Source: an uncultured Lachnospiraceae bacterium
GTDB taxonomy: Bacteria > Bacillota > Clostridia > Christensenellales > UBA1242
Direction of reading: 5' to 3'
Assembly: GCA_964368755.1 (NCBI GenBank)
Contig: CAYJCR010000001.1
Coordinates: forward strand, 3,939-67,938
Length of the DNA: 64,000 nt
The notes under the pieces are model-generated. The model had not been told where the DNA came from and did no database searches. It was given only the letters and a program-made list of their open reading frames with translations. A program made the position numbers and the translations under genes. Positions 47,278 through 55,570 of the stretch are shown piece by piece. Every line of letters starts with the position of its first letter. The first letter of the stretch is position 1.

Positions 47278-48588
47278 ATATCTAAATTATTTGGTACCGA
47301 TGGCATTAGGGGTGTTGCTATGCAAGATCTTACGCCTGAGAAGTTGCTTGTCTTAGGTAGGGCTATCGGGATAATGGTAGCAAAGTTATTTAGTGATAAC
47401 AAAAAAATAATACTTGGATATGATACAAGAACAACTAGCGAGCTATTTGCAAATAGCATAACTTGTGGCGTAGTAAGCCAAGGGGTTGATGTGTGCAATA
47501 TTGGACTAGTATCTACACCAGTACTTGCATATGTGACTAAACATAGTGGTTATCCATGTGGTGTAATGATAACGGCAAGCCACAATGCTCCACAATACAA
47601 CGGAATCAAGCTTTTTGGTAATGATGGACGCAAACTTAATAAGCAAGAGGAACAATTACAACAAATAATAGATAATATGCACATATTTGAATACGTTAAA
47701 TATGATGAATTGGGTAGTGTATCTATTGATAAAAAATCAGATAACAAATACATCTCCAGCATGAGAAATAGGCTTCGTTCTATTGACAGAAAAGTAGTAT
47801 TCGATTGCGCTAATGGTGCTACAAGTAGGTTTGTAAAAAAGATATTCTCTGGCAAAGTTCGCAACTTGGATATTGTCAACACAGGAGACAGTGGATTAGA
47901 TGTGAATGTTAATTGTGGTGCTACTTGCGTACAGCCATTACAACAATATGTTGCAGACAATGATTATGATATCGGCATAAGCTTCGACGGCGATGGAGAT
48001 AGGATAATAATTGTTGATAAGGCTAACGTGTATGATGGAGATGACCTATTGTACATACTTGCCTCTTGTCAAGAGTCTACGGTAGTTGTAGGGACGATTA
48101 TGGCTAATTTTGGTGTAGAAAAAGCTTTGCAACAAAAGGGTATTCAATTGATTCGCACCCCTGTTGGTGACAAACATATCTTGCAGACTATGAATGACAA
48201 AGACTTGTCGATAGGTGGCGAACAAGCGGGACATATCATTATGCAAAAGTACGAAAGTATTGGAGATGGTATCGCCGCTGCTATAGAAATACTCAACATA
48301 CTTGGAGATAAACTATCCTTATCTAGCCTTACAGACGGGCTTGTCAAGTATCCGCAAGTTGTCAAAAATGTGTCCGTCAAAGATAAGAATATTATCTATG
48401 GCAAGGCTTTTGTAGAATACTTATATGCTTGCGAAAGCTTACTGCTAGATAGTGGAAGAATAGTTGTACGTCCTAGCGGAACGGAACCAGTAATACGTGT
48501 AATGGTAGAGGCATACGATGAACAAAAAGTTGATTTGTTTTCTTCTCAAATTGTTAGCAAAATCAAAGAACTAGATAGTAATTGTTAG
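47278..48588 (+). CDS. glmM: Phosphoglucosamine mutase (start codon uncertain, probably non-canonical ATA)
   Basis: KLFGTDGIRGVA, TASHNAPQYNGIK (phosphoserine loop), FDGDGDR and GGEQAGH motifs. The only SD (GGAGGG, 47269-47274) precedes in-frame ATA 47278. The TTG codons at 47230 and 47248 lie inside the trxB terminator. Confidence 0.9.
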   Translation: MSKLFGTDGIRGVAMQDLTPEKLLVLGRAIGIMVAKLFSDNKKIILGYDTRTTSELFANSITCGVVSQGVDVCNIGLVSTPVLAYVTKHSGYPCGVMITASHNAPQYNGIKLFGNDGRKLNKQEEQLQQIIDNMHIFEYVKYDELGSVSIDKKSDNKYISSMRNRLRSIDRKVVFDCANGATSRFVKKIFSGKVRNLDIVNTGDSGLDVNVNCGATCVQPLQQYVADNDYDIGISFDGDGDRIIIVDKANVYDGDDLLYILASCQESTVVVGTIMANFGVEKALQQKGIQLIRTPVGDKHILQTMNDKDLSIGGEQAGHIIMQKYESIGDGIAAAIEILNILGDKLSLSSLTDGLVKYPQVVKNVSVKDKNIIYGKAFVEYLYACESLLLDSGRIVVRPSGTEPVIRVMVEAYDEQKVDLFSSQIVSKIKELDSNC

Positions 48589-48656
48589 CAAAAACAAAAC
48601 AATTGACAATAGACCCTATTAACGATATAATAAGCACATAAATTGGAGTGAACAAT

Positions 48657-49343
48657 ATGTGCGATGTTATATACGAAGACAATCATATAATAGTTGTCAT
48701 CAAGCCTCAGAATATGCCAGTACAAGAAGATGAGACAAAAGATCTTGACCTTCTTACAGACATTAAGAATTATATCAAAGAGAAGTATAACAAGCCTGGT
48801 AATGTATTTGTAGGACTTGTACACAGACTTGATAGACCAACTGGCGGAGTAATGGTGTTTGCAAGGACCTCAAAGGCCGCTAGCAGACTAAGCGAGCAGA
48901 TTCGTGGAGACGAATTCGAAAAGAAGTATTTGGCCGTTGTAACAGGCGTTCCAAGGCTCAAACAAGCCCGTCTTACCAATTATCTAAAGAAAGATGAAGT
49001 CAATAATATTGTCAAACTCGCAGGTTCATTGGAGACAGGGGCTAAGAAAGCAGAGTTGTATTACAAAGTTGTTGATAGCAATGACAAAAGAACTCTCGTA
49101 GACGTTGATTTGTATACAGGCAGAACTCATCAGATACGTGTTCAGATGGCGAATATTGGTTGCCCAGTATATGGAGATACCAAGTATGGCAAGATAGAGA
49201 AAGTTCCAACCAAGATGGCTTTGTGGGCAACAGAGATCAAGTTTAATCACCCTGTGAACAAACAAAGAATGGTGTTCAAAGTAATGCCTCCGGAAGAAAA
49301 ACCTTGGACAGAGTTTAATCTAGAACAAGTCAAGGGCATATAG
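48657..49343 (+). CDS. RluA-family pseudouridine synthase (no S4 domain)
   Basis: HRLDRPTGGVMVFARTSKAASRL, YLAVV and TGRTHQIRVQ motifs. ATG 48657 follows a GGAG RBS. Confidence 0.85.
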   Translation: MCDVIYEDNHIIVVIKPQNMPVQEDETKDLDLLTDIKNYIKEKYNKPGNVFVGLVHRLDRPTGGVMVFARTSKAASRLSEQIRGDEFEKKYLAVVTGVPRLKQARLTNYLKKDEVNNIVKLAGSLETGAKKAELYYKVVDSNDKRTLVDVDLYTGRTHQIRVQMANIGCPVYGDTKYGKIEKVPTKMALWATEIKFNHPVNKQRMVFKVMPPEEKPWTEFNLEQVKGI

Positions 49344-49434
49344 ATTGCTTTTTGGTTTGCTTAACGTAAGATGGGTACAATAATATATCATTAGAATGCA
49401 GGTATATATAAGATAATTCATTCACTGAATACGC

Positions 49435-49471
49435 AAAAAAAGCACTTGGAATAGTTCCAGGTGCTTTATTT
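49435..49471. terminator. Bidirectional terminator between convergent genes
   Basis: AGCACTTGGAA tag TTCCAGGTGCT 11-bp stem flanked by A6 and a T-rich run. Confidence 0.75.
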
Positions 49472-49484
49472 ATTACAAACTTAA

Positions 49485-50339
49485 TTATTTGTTGATGTAC
49501 ATTCCACTTGCTCCACAAGGTAAGGCTATACCTTCGTTAGTAGGTAGGGCAACTTCATAGCTTTCTACTCCATTATCAACACCAAGTGCAAGTTTGATAA
49601 TATTAGTTAACACTATTGGCTGTAATCCTGTGGTATAGCTGTTGATTAAGAAGAATAGTGGTTTGTCAGATAGGACTTCGCTACAAGTCTTGACAAGATC
49701 AAATAAGTCGTTCTCTATCTTCCACATTTCGCCATTTGGTCCTCTGCCATAGCTAGGTGGATCCATAATGATAGCATCATATTTCTTCCCGCGTTTGATC
49801 TCACGTAAGACAAACTTTTTGCAGTCGTCGACGATGAATCTAACAGGCTTATCACTAAGTCCGGACAAAGCTAAGTTTTCTTTGGCTCTATCGACCATAT
49901 TCTTGGCACTATCAACGTGAGTGACACTTGCTCCAGCTGAGGCACAAGCAACGCTTGCTCCACCGGTATAGGCAAATAAGTTGAGTACACTTATTGGTCT
50001 GCCTGCATTCTTGATGAGATCCATCATAATCTGCCAGTTAACTGCTTGTTCTGGAAAAAGCCCTGTGTGTTTGAATCCCATAGGTTTGACTTTGAACTTG
50101 AGCTTATTCCAGCTCACAACCCATTCGCTTGGTATAGGTGAGAGGTAACTCCACTCTCCGCCGCCACCTTCACGGATATACTTGGCGTTAAGCCCAGGAA
50201 ATCTATCCATATTCATTCTACTTGGCCATATTACTTGTGGATCCGGACGGAGCAGAGTTATATCTTTCCATCTTTCTAGCTTCATTCCATTGCCAGTTGC
50301 TATGACTTCATAGTCTTTCCAACCTTGTGCTATTTTCAT
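49485..50339 (-). CDS. Class I SAM-dependent (RlmI/YwbD-like) RNA methyltransferase lacking the PUA domain
   Basis: VLNLFAYTGGASVACA (SAM motif I) and YDAIIMDPPSYGRG (motif IV) are typical of COG1092-type rRNA m5C methyltransferases. Confidence 0.75.
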   Translation of the reverse strand: MKIAQGWKDYEVIATGNGMKLERWKDITLLRPDPQVIWPSRMNMDRFPGLNAKYIREGGGGEWSYLSPIPSEWVVSWNKLKFKVKPMGFKHTGLFPEQAVNWQIMMDLIKNAGRPISVLNLFAYTGGASVACASAGASVTHVDSAKNMVDRAKENLALSGLSDKPVRFIVDDCKKFVLREIKRGKKYDAIIMDPPSYGRGPNGEMWKIENDLFDLVKTCSEVLSDKPLFFLINSYTTGLQPIVLTNIIKLALGVDNGVESYEVALPTNEGIALPCGASGMYINK

Positions 50340-50362
50340 ATTAATACCCCCTTGGGTGTAAG

Positions 50363-53300
50363 TTAAATATTTGCTTTAAGTAGGACTGTTGCTTGTTCTC
50401 CACCAACTTCGACTGTTTTCTTGATATCTGGATTGGATATCTTACTACCGAAGTCAGATACAAGGACATCTTGTATGATCCTATCTTTGTACTTTGTGAT
50501 AACTTTATGGAGCAATTCGCTCTCGGTCTCAATAGTGAGGCATACACGTTGTTCTATCTTGAAGTCGGCTTCTTTACGCAATACTTGTGCACTACGTACA
50601 AGTTCACGGAACAATCCTTCAAGAGTAAGTTCTTCATCTATTGTGATATCAAGAACTACTGTATAGCCACCTTCAACTGCTATAACGAAGTCTTCTTTTG
50701 GCTTATAGCTTAGTGTAAATACATTACTATCAAGGTCAACAAAACTACCAACAGATACTTTGCCACTAGCATATTGAGCTGTTGCCTTCGCCATATCTTC
50801 ATCGCTGAGAGCAAGAAGTTCATTCTTCAACTTTTGGACATCGCCCTTGAGTACGGCTCCGGCTGTTTTGAAGTTAATAGAAAGGAAACTGGTGTTGAAT
50901 AAACTATTATCTTTTTCGAACACAATGTTCTTGATGTTAAGTTCTTCTCTAACAATACTCTCCAAGTCTTGTACTGCACGTTTTGCTCTATCATCGACAA
51001 CGAGATACATAGTCTTCAAAGGCTGTTTGACCTTGAGCTGTTTTTCATTACGCAATCTTTGTGCTATTGCTATGATATCACGTGATATCTTGACATCATC
51101 AAGAATGTTCTTATCGTCTATTTGCATAACTTGTGTAGGAAAGTCACTAAGAAGCACGGATTTTGCAGACTTTGGCTCAATCTCTCTAACCATATTCTGC
51201 CAGATATAATCTGTTATAAAAGGCATAACTGGTGCCATAACTCCACACATAGCTTTGATTGCATGATACAAGCAATAATATGCAGTCATTTGGTCATCAT
51301 GGTTCTCAGATTTCCAAAAACGTTTGCGATTAACTCTTATATAGAAGTTGGAGACATCGTCTACTAAGTCTTCAAAGTCTTTGACGGTAAGGTAACTCTT
51401 ATGTTCTGCATAATTGCGATCGGCATCAGCTACGAACTTGTTGATACTCTCCAATAGCCACTTGTCTGAGACAGTCAAAGATGAAGGATTTACTTTGAAG
51501 TTGCTGATATCTGGATTGTCGATACAAGCATAAGTATTGAAGAAAGTATATATATTCCAGAATCCCAACATCTTACGCCTAGCTTCATCGGTAAGTGTAT
51601 AACCAAACCTCATATCATTGGTTGGATTAGCTCCGCCGTACAAATATCTTATAGTATCGGCTCCTACCTTGTCGGCTACTATATCGCATTCAAGACTATT
51701 GCCGCCACTCTTATGGAACTCATTGCCGTTCTCATCTCTTACATATTGATATGTAACGATCTTCTTGTATGGAGCTTTGCCGGTCAAGACAACACTCATA
51801 ACTAGTAGTGAATAGAACCATAACTTGATCTGTTCAATCATCTCACAGACATAGTCGGAAGGGAAGTTGTTATTGAAATACTCTTTGTCAGTAAAGTATT
51901 TTTTGGTACTAAAAGGTGTAATACCTGCATCAAGCCAGCAATCTCCGACTTCAGGAACACGTGATACTGTCTCTCCACATTCTGGACATTTGATCTTGAC
52001 ATTGTCTATCCAAGGACGATGCAAGTGAGGTATCTTATCTATCTCTTCTGGATTGACTGCAAGCTTGCGCAACTCTTCCATACTGCCTACAACGTGGACA
52101 TGTCCACATTTTTCACAAACATAGAATGGAAGTGGTAATCCGTAGAATCTGCTACGAGAAATATTCCAATCTCCCATATTGAGTAACCAATCTGTCATAC
52201 GCTTCTTGGCATATGCTGGTTGGAACTCTACGTCATCGATCGCCTTAAGAAGCATAGGTCTAAGTTCGTCGATACGTATATACCAAGTAGAGATGAGCTT
52301 GTATACAAGGTCAGTCTTACATCTCCAGCAGAATGGATAACTGTGTTTGTATGGATGAGCATAGAGTAGTTTGCTGTCTTGCTTTAATCTACCAACAACA
52401 TCATCAACAACATCAGTTGTCTTCTTGCCAGCAACGAATCCACAGTTGTCTAACATAACGCCTTGTTCGTTGATTGGGCATATCTCAGGGAGATTATGTA
52501 CTTTGCCAAGTTCGAAGTCCTCGGCACCACATCCTGGGGCAATATGTACTACACCACTACCTTCGGTATTATCAACTTGATCCCAAGGAACAATCTTGTG
52601 AACAAACCTCTGTTCTTCGAGCTCTGGGAAACATGTTTCGTAACTAAGGCCTACAAGATCTCTGCCACTAAACTCTTCTATAATCTCTGCATCATCTCTT
52701 AATACTTTGGCTACAGCTTCTTTGTTCATGACAAGAAGCTCACCTGTTGACTTCTGTCTTACTTTTGCATAAGTAAACTCAGGGTTAACAGCCAATGCTA
52801 CGTTGGCAGTCAAAGTCCATGGAGTCGTTGTCCATGCAACCATTTTGTAATCCTTGCCAACAACTGGAAGCTTAATGAATATTGCTGTGTGTGTTACCTC
52901 TTTGTAACTACCTGCCATCTCATGCTCTGACAAACTTGTCCCACATCTTGGGCACCATACCATTGGACGATTCTTCTTAACAATCCAACCTTTTTCGTCA
53001 CATTTTTTCAAGAAATGCCAAATAGCAGTTATATTCTCATCAGAGTTGGTATAATAACTGTGATCCCAATCCATCCATTGTCCCATACGTATACTTTGAT
53101 TGGTTATCTCGTTGGCAAAATAATTAACTCTTTCAATACACTTATTAGTGAATTTGTCGATACCATAATCAACAATCTCAGGTTTGCCGTTAAGACCAAG
53201 CTCTTTCTCAACATTGACTTCTACCCACATACCTTGTGCATCAAAACCATTCTGATATTGACAACTTCTGCCTTTCATAGCATTGTATTTGATTGTTATA

Positions 53301-53494
53301 TCTTTGAGAGTTCTGCCCCAAATATGGTGCACGCCTGATCTGTTGTTGGCAGTAATAGGGCCGTCAAGAAAACGGAATCGATCGTGTCCTTCATTTTTTT
53401 TCACAAGCTCGTGAAAACAATCATCTTTCTTCCAATGCTCTAGCATATCGTGTTCCATCTTGATAAAGTCTGGCATTGCAACTTCTTTCTTCAT
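50363..53494 (-). CDS. ileS: Isoleucine--tRNA ligase, long (~1,040 aa) form with divergent signature motifs
   Basis: WTTTPWTLTANVALAVNP, WCPRCGTSLSEHE and the editing-domain region are IleRS-like. The HIGH region reads VHHIWGR and the KMSKS region reads FHKSGGN. An upstream T-box contains ATC triplets. Confidence 0.85.
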   Translation of the reverse strand: MKKEVAMPDFIKMEHDMLEHWKKDDCFHELVKKNEGHDRFRFLDGPITANNRSGVHHIWGRTLKDITIKYNAMKGRSCQYQNGFDAQGMWVEVNVEKELGLNGKPEIVDYGIDKFTNKCIERVNYFANEITNQSIRMGQWMDWDHSYYTNSDENITAIWHFLKKCDEKGWIVKKNRPMVWCPRCGTSLSEHEMAGSYKEVTHTAIFIKLPVVGKDYKMVAWTTTPWTLTANVALAVNPEFTYAKVRQKSTGELLVMNKEAVAKVLRDDAEIIEEFSGRDLVGLSYETCFPELEEQRFVHKIVPWDQVDNTEGSGVVHIAPGCGAEDFELGKVHNLPEICPINEQGVMLDNCGFVAGKKTTDVVDDVVGRLKQDSKLLYAHPYKHSYPFCWRCKTDLVYKLISTWYIRIDELRPMLLKAIDDVEFQPAYAKKRMTDWLLNMGDWNISRSRFYGLPLPFYVCEKCGHVHVVGSMEELRKLAVNPEEIDKIPHLHRPWIDNVKIKCPECGETVSRVPEVGDCWLDAGITPFSTKKYFTDKEYFNNNFPSDYVCEMIEQIKLWFYSLLVMSVVLTGKAPYKKIVTYQYVRDENGNEFHKSGGNSLECDIVADKVGADTIRYLYGGANPTNDMRFGYTLTDEARRKMLGFWNIYTFFNTYACIDNPDISNFKVNPSSLTVSDKWLLESINKFVADADRNYAEHKSYLTVKDFEDLVDDVSNFYIRVNRKRFWKSENHDDQMTAYYCLYHAIKAMCGVMAPVMPFITDYIWQNMVREIEPKSAKSVLLSDFPTQVMQIDDKNILDDVKISRDIIAIAQRLRNEKQLKVKQPLKTMYLVVDDRAKRAVQDLESIVREELNIKNIVFEKDNSLFNTSFLSINFKTAGAVLKGDVQKLKNELLALSDEDMAKATAQYASGKVSVGSFVDLDSNVFTLSYKPKEDFVIAVEGGYTVVLDITIDEELTLEGLFRELVRSAQVLRKEADFKIEQRVCLTIETESELLHKVITKYKDRIIQDVLVSDFGSKISNPDIKKTVEVGGEQATVLLKANI

Positions 53495-53544
53495 ACTATT
53501 CTCCTTAGGTTATAATCTTGATAATTGCCTTGCGTGAAAGTGGC

Positions 53545-53784
53545 TAAAAAAAACAAAAATCCTTGCGTCATAAGACCTGCAAGGGTTCACCACTTATAAC
53601 AAAATACTAACATATTCGGCTCTTGTATCGTGGAGCAGACGGACAAACTTACTGGATACTTTCAGCTCATCTGCTGTTAGGGGATACCTACTCAAGCACT
53701 ATATTAACCTTCCACCTATGGTTAACTCTCTGAGATAGCTTGTATTGAATAGACGTGTCCTAATTACGCAATCATTATTAAGTT
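53545..53784 (-). promoter_or_regulatory. T-box leader (tRNA-sensing riboswitch) of ileS
   Basis: Read on the minus strand. AG-bulge AGAGAG. Distal hairpin TTAACC-ataGGTGGAA-GGTTAA. AGTA followed by GGT ATC. T-box-like GTGGTGAACCCTTGCAGG containing UGGU. Terminator CCTTGC aggtcttatgac GCAAGG plus a U-run (plus-strand 53545-53585). Confidence 0.8.
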
Positions 53785-53790
53785 GACTAC

Positions 53791-53819
53791 ATTATAGTTA
53801 AAGTGAGACTTTTTGTCAA
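53791..53819 (-). promoter_or_regulatory. Perfect-consensus sigma-A promoter driving the ileS T-box leader
   Basis: Minus strand TTGACA - 17 nt - TATAAT. Confidence 0.75.
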
Positions 53820-53841
53820 GCGTGTTGTATCAAAAAAACTA

Positions 53842-53870
53842 GTGACTTTTGTCTAGCTATTTGTTATAAT
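53842..53870 (+). promoter_or_regulatory. Candidate ung promoter (divergent from the ileS promoter)
   Basis: GTGACT - 17 nt - TATAAT with a TGt extended -10. Confidence 0.4.
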
Positions 53871-53885
53871 GAATCAAGGTGGATT

Positions 53886-54548
53886 ATGTTCTATATAACA
53901 AAGAATTGGTACGAAATATTAAAAGATGAGTTTGGCAAAGATTATTTTAGCCGTTTGCAGAACTTTTTGTCTCAAGAATATAGTTCTAAGACTATATTCC
54001 CAGAGCCAAAGAATGTATTCAATGCACTCAATTTAACCAAGTTCGACGATGTCAAAGTCGTCATCATTGGACAAGACCCATATATTGGAGATGGGCAGGC
54101 GCATGGATTGTGTTTTTCGGTAGAGAAAGTTGCTCCACCACCAAGCCTAGTCAATATATACAAAGAACTCCACAGTGATATTGGTTGCACCATACCTTCT
54201 ACTGGAAATCTTACTAAGTGGGCAAAACAAGGAGTACTCCTTCTCAATAGTGTTCTAACAGTTGAACGTGGTAAGTCATATTCTCATCGCAATCAAGGTT
54301 GGGAACAGTTTACTCATACAATAATAGAGAAATTGGCTAAGAGGACCACTCCAATAGTATTCTTGCTATGGGGAAGTGGAGCCAAGAGTATTGTCAAAGA
54401 TGTAGATCTAAGTCATCATCACGTATTGCAGGCAGCACACCCAAGTCCACTGTCTGCCTATAATGGATTCTTTGGTTGTAAGCATTTTTCGAAGACAAAT
54501 GAACTGCTTATTCAAGACGGATTAACACCAATAGATTGGCAGATATAA
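53886..54548 (+). CDS. ung: Uracil-DNA glycosylase (family 1)
   Basis: VVIIGQDPY, LLLNSVLTV and AAHPSPLS motifs. AAGGTGG RBS. Confidence 0.95.
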   Translation: MFYITKNWYEILKDEFGKDYFSRLQNFLSQEYSSKTIFPEPKNVFNALNLTKFDDVKVVIIGQDPYIGDGQAHGLCFSVEKVAPPPSLVNIYKELHSDIGCTIPSTGNLTKWAKQGVLLLNSVLTVERGKSYSHRNQGWEQFTHTIIEKLAKRTTPIVFLLWGSGAKSIVKDVDLSHHHVLQAAHPSPLSAYNGFFGCKHFSKTNELLIQDGLTPIDWQI

Positions 54549-54558
54549 GGAGAGAATA

Positions 54559-55071
54559 ATGGACGCAGTATATATAGTTGTTATAGTCATATTGAGTATT
54601 TTACTTGTTATCACAGTAGGCTTTCTTATTAGAGCAAGCGTTAAGACTAGTGCCCCAAAAGAAAGTGGTGGAATAAACGGGGATATAAACAATCTTAGGC
54701 TCAATACTCAATTTATGCATCAGACTGAGATAGATTTTATGAATGCTTTGCTCAAAGTATTACCAAGGACTTGTTTGATTTTGGCCAAAGTTCCTTTGAG
54801 ATACTTGGCAGTCCCTACTGTTGGTAATGTGTCAGGGGATACGTTCAAAAAAGCTGTTGATTTCTGCATATTCAACCAGACCAATATGATGCCACTATTA
54901 GTCATAGACTTATATGACGCTACTTTTGAAAAACGTGGTATTGACAAACAAGATGCAGATGTGGATAGAGTTCTTAAGAAGATTGGACTATCAACTGTCA
55001 CAATAAGCACAGAGAAAGAATATGACAAAGATAAAATTCGTCAAGCAATAATATCTGTCTTGTCGAACTAA
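54559..55071 (+). CDS. Membrane-anchored DUF2726-like (restriction-endonuclease-fold) protein
   Basis: N-terminal TM helix (VYIVVIVILSILLVITVGFLI). TEIDFMNALLKVLP...ILAKVPL...AVDFCIFNQTNMMPLLVIDLYD...DVDRVLKKIGL follows the DUF2726 pattern. Begins 10 nt after ung, with an AAGGAGAG RBS. Confidence 0.55.
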   Translation: MDAVYIVVIVILSILLVITVGFLIRASVKTSAPKESGGINGDINNLRLNTQFMHQTEIDFMNALLKVLPRTCLILAKVPLRYLAVPTVGNVSGDTFKKAVDFCIFNQTNMMPLLVIDLYDATFEKRGIDKQDADVDRVLKKIGLSTVTISTEKEYDKDKIRQAIISVLSN

Positions 55072-55092
55072 CTTGTTGGGTTGTAAAAAATA

Positions 55093-55131
55093 GGCCTTAT
55101 TGAGAAAATGTACTCAATAAGACCTTTTTTT
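55093..55131. terminator. Bidirectional terminator (DUF2726 gene on plus, SRP RNA on minus)
   Basis: GGCCTTATTGAG ... CTCAATAAGACC stem (one mismatch) flanked by A6 and T7. Confidence 0.7.
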
Positions 55132-55159
55132 GTATAAAAAACTGTGCATCTAATATTGA

Positions 55160-55409
55160 TGATTGGCATACAATAGAACTCCAACATTCAAGCTCCCGCA
55201 AAGCTACCTTATGGCACATCTCTGGATCTACTTAATGCTGCTGCCGTCAGGCTCTGACATGGTTCATAGGAAGAAATTGCATAAGACCTTGATATCAACA
55301 CTCAAGATATTGACTCACATTGTACAACAGATCACCGCTATTAGCATTCGGCCCTACTATAGTGGATTGTAGGTAACAGGGCACCACTAGCTCCCCGCCT
55401 AGCACAGCT
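55160..55409 (-). ncRNA. ffs: Signal recognition particle RNA, long Bacillus-type form with Alu domain (ends approximate)
   Basis: The minus strand contains the domain IV core ATGTCAGAGCCTGACGGCAGCAGCATTAAGTAG (compare GUCAGGUCC-loop-GGAAGCAGC) and a 5' Alu-like region GTGCTAGGCGGGGAGCTAGTGGTGCCCTGTTACC. It is a GC-rich island in AT-rich DNA with its own promoter. Confidence 0.8.
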
Positions 55410-55415
55410 ATAAGT

Positions 55416-55444
55416 ATTATATACAAGAAGAGAGGTTTTTGCAA
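55416..55444 (-). promoter_or_regulatory. Promoter of the SRP RNA gene
   Basis: Minus strand TTGCAA - 17 nt - TATAAT. Confidence 0.65.
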
Positions 55445-55570
55445 CACTAATTCCAAAAAAAGTGTATTTTGTTTGGTAATTTTTTGTAAGTATGTTAATA
55501 TATGCATATAAGAAGTGTCAAGAATAATTGTTTTTGCACATAATAAAATAGATTAACAAAAGGAAAGCGT

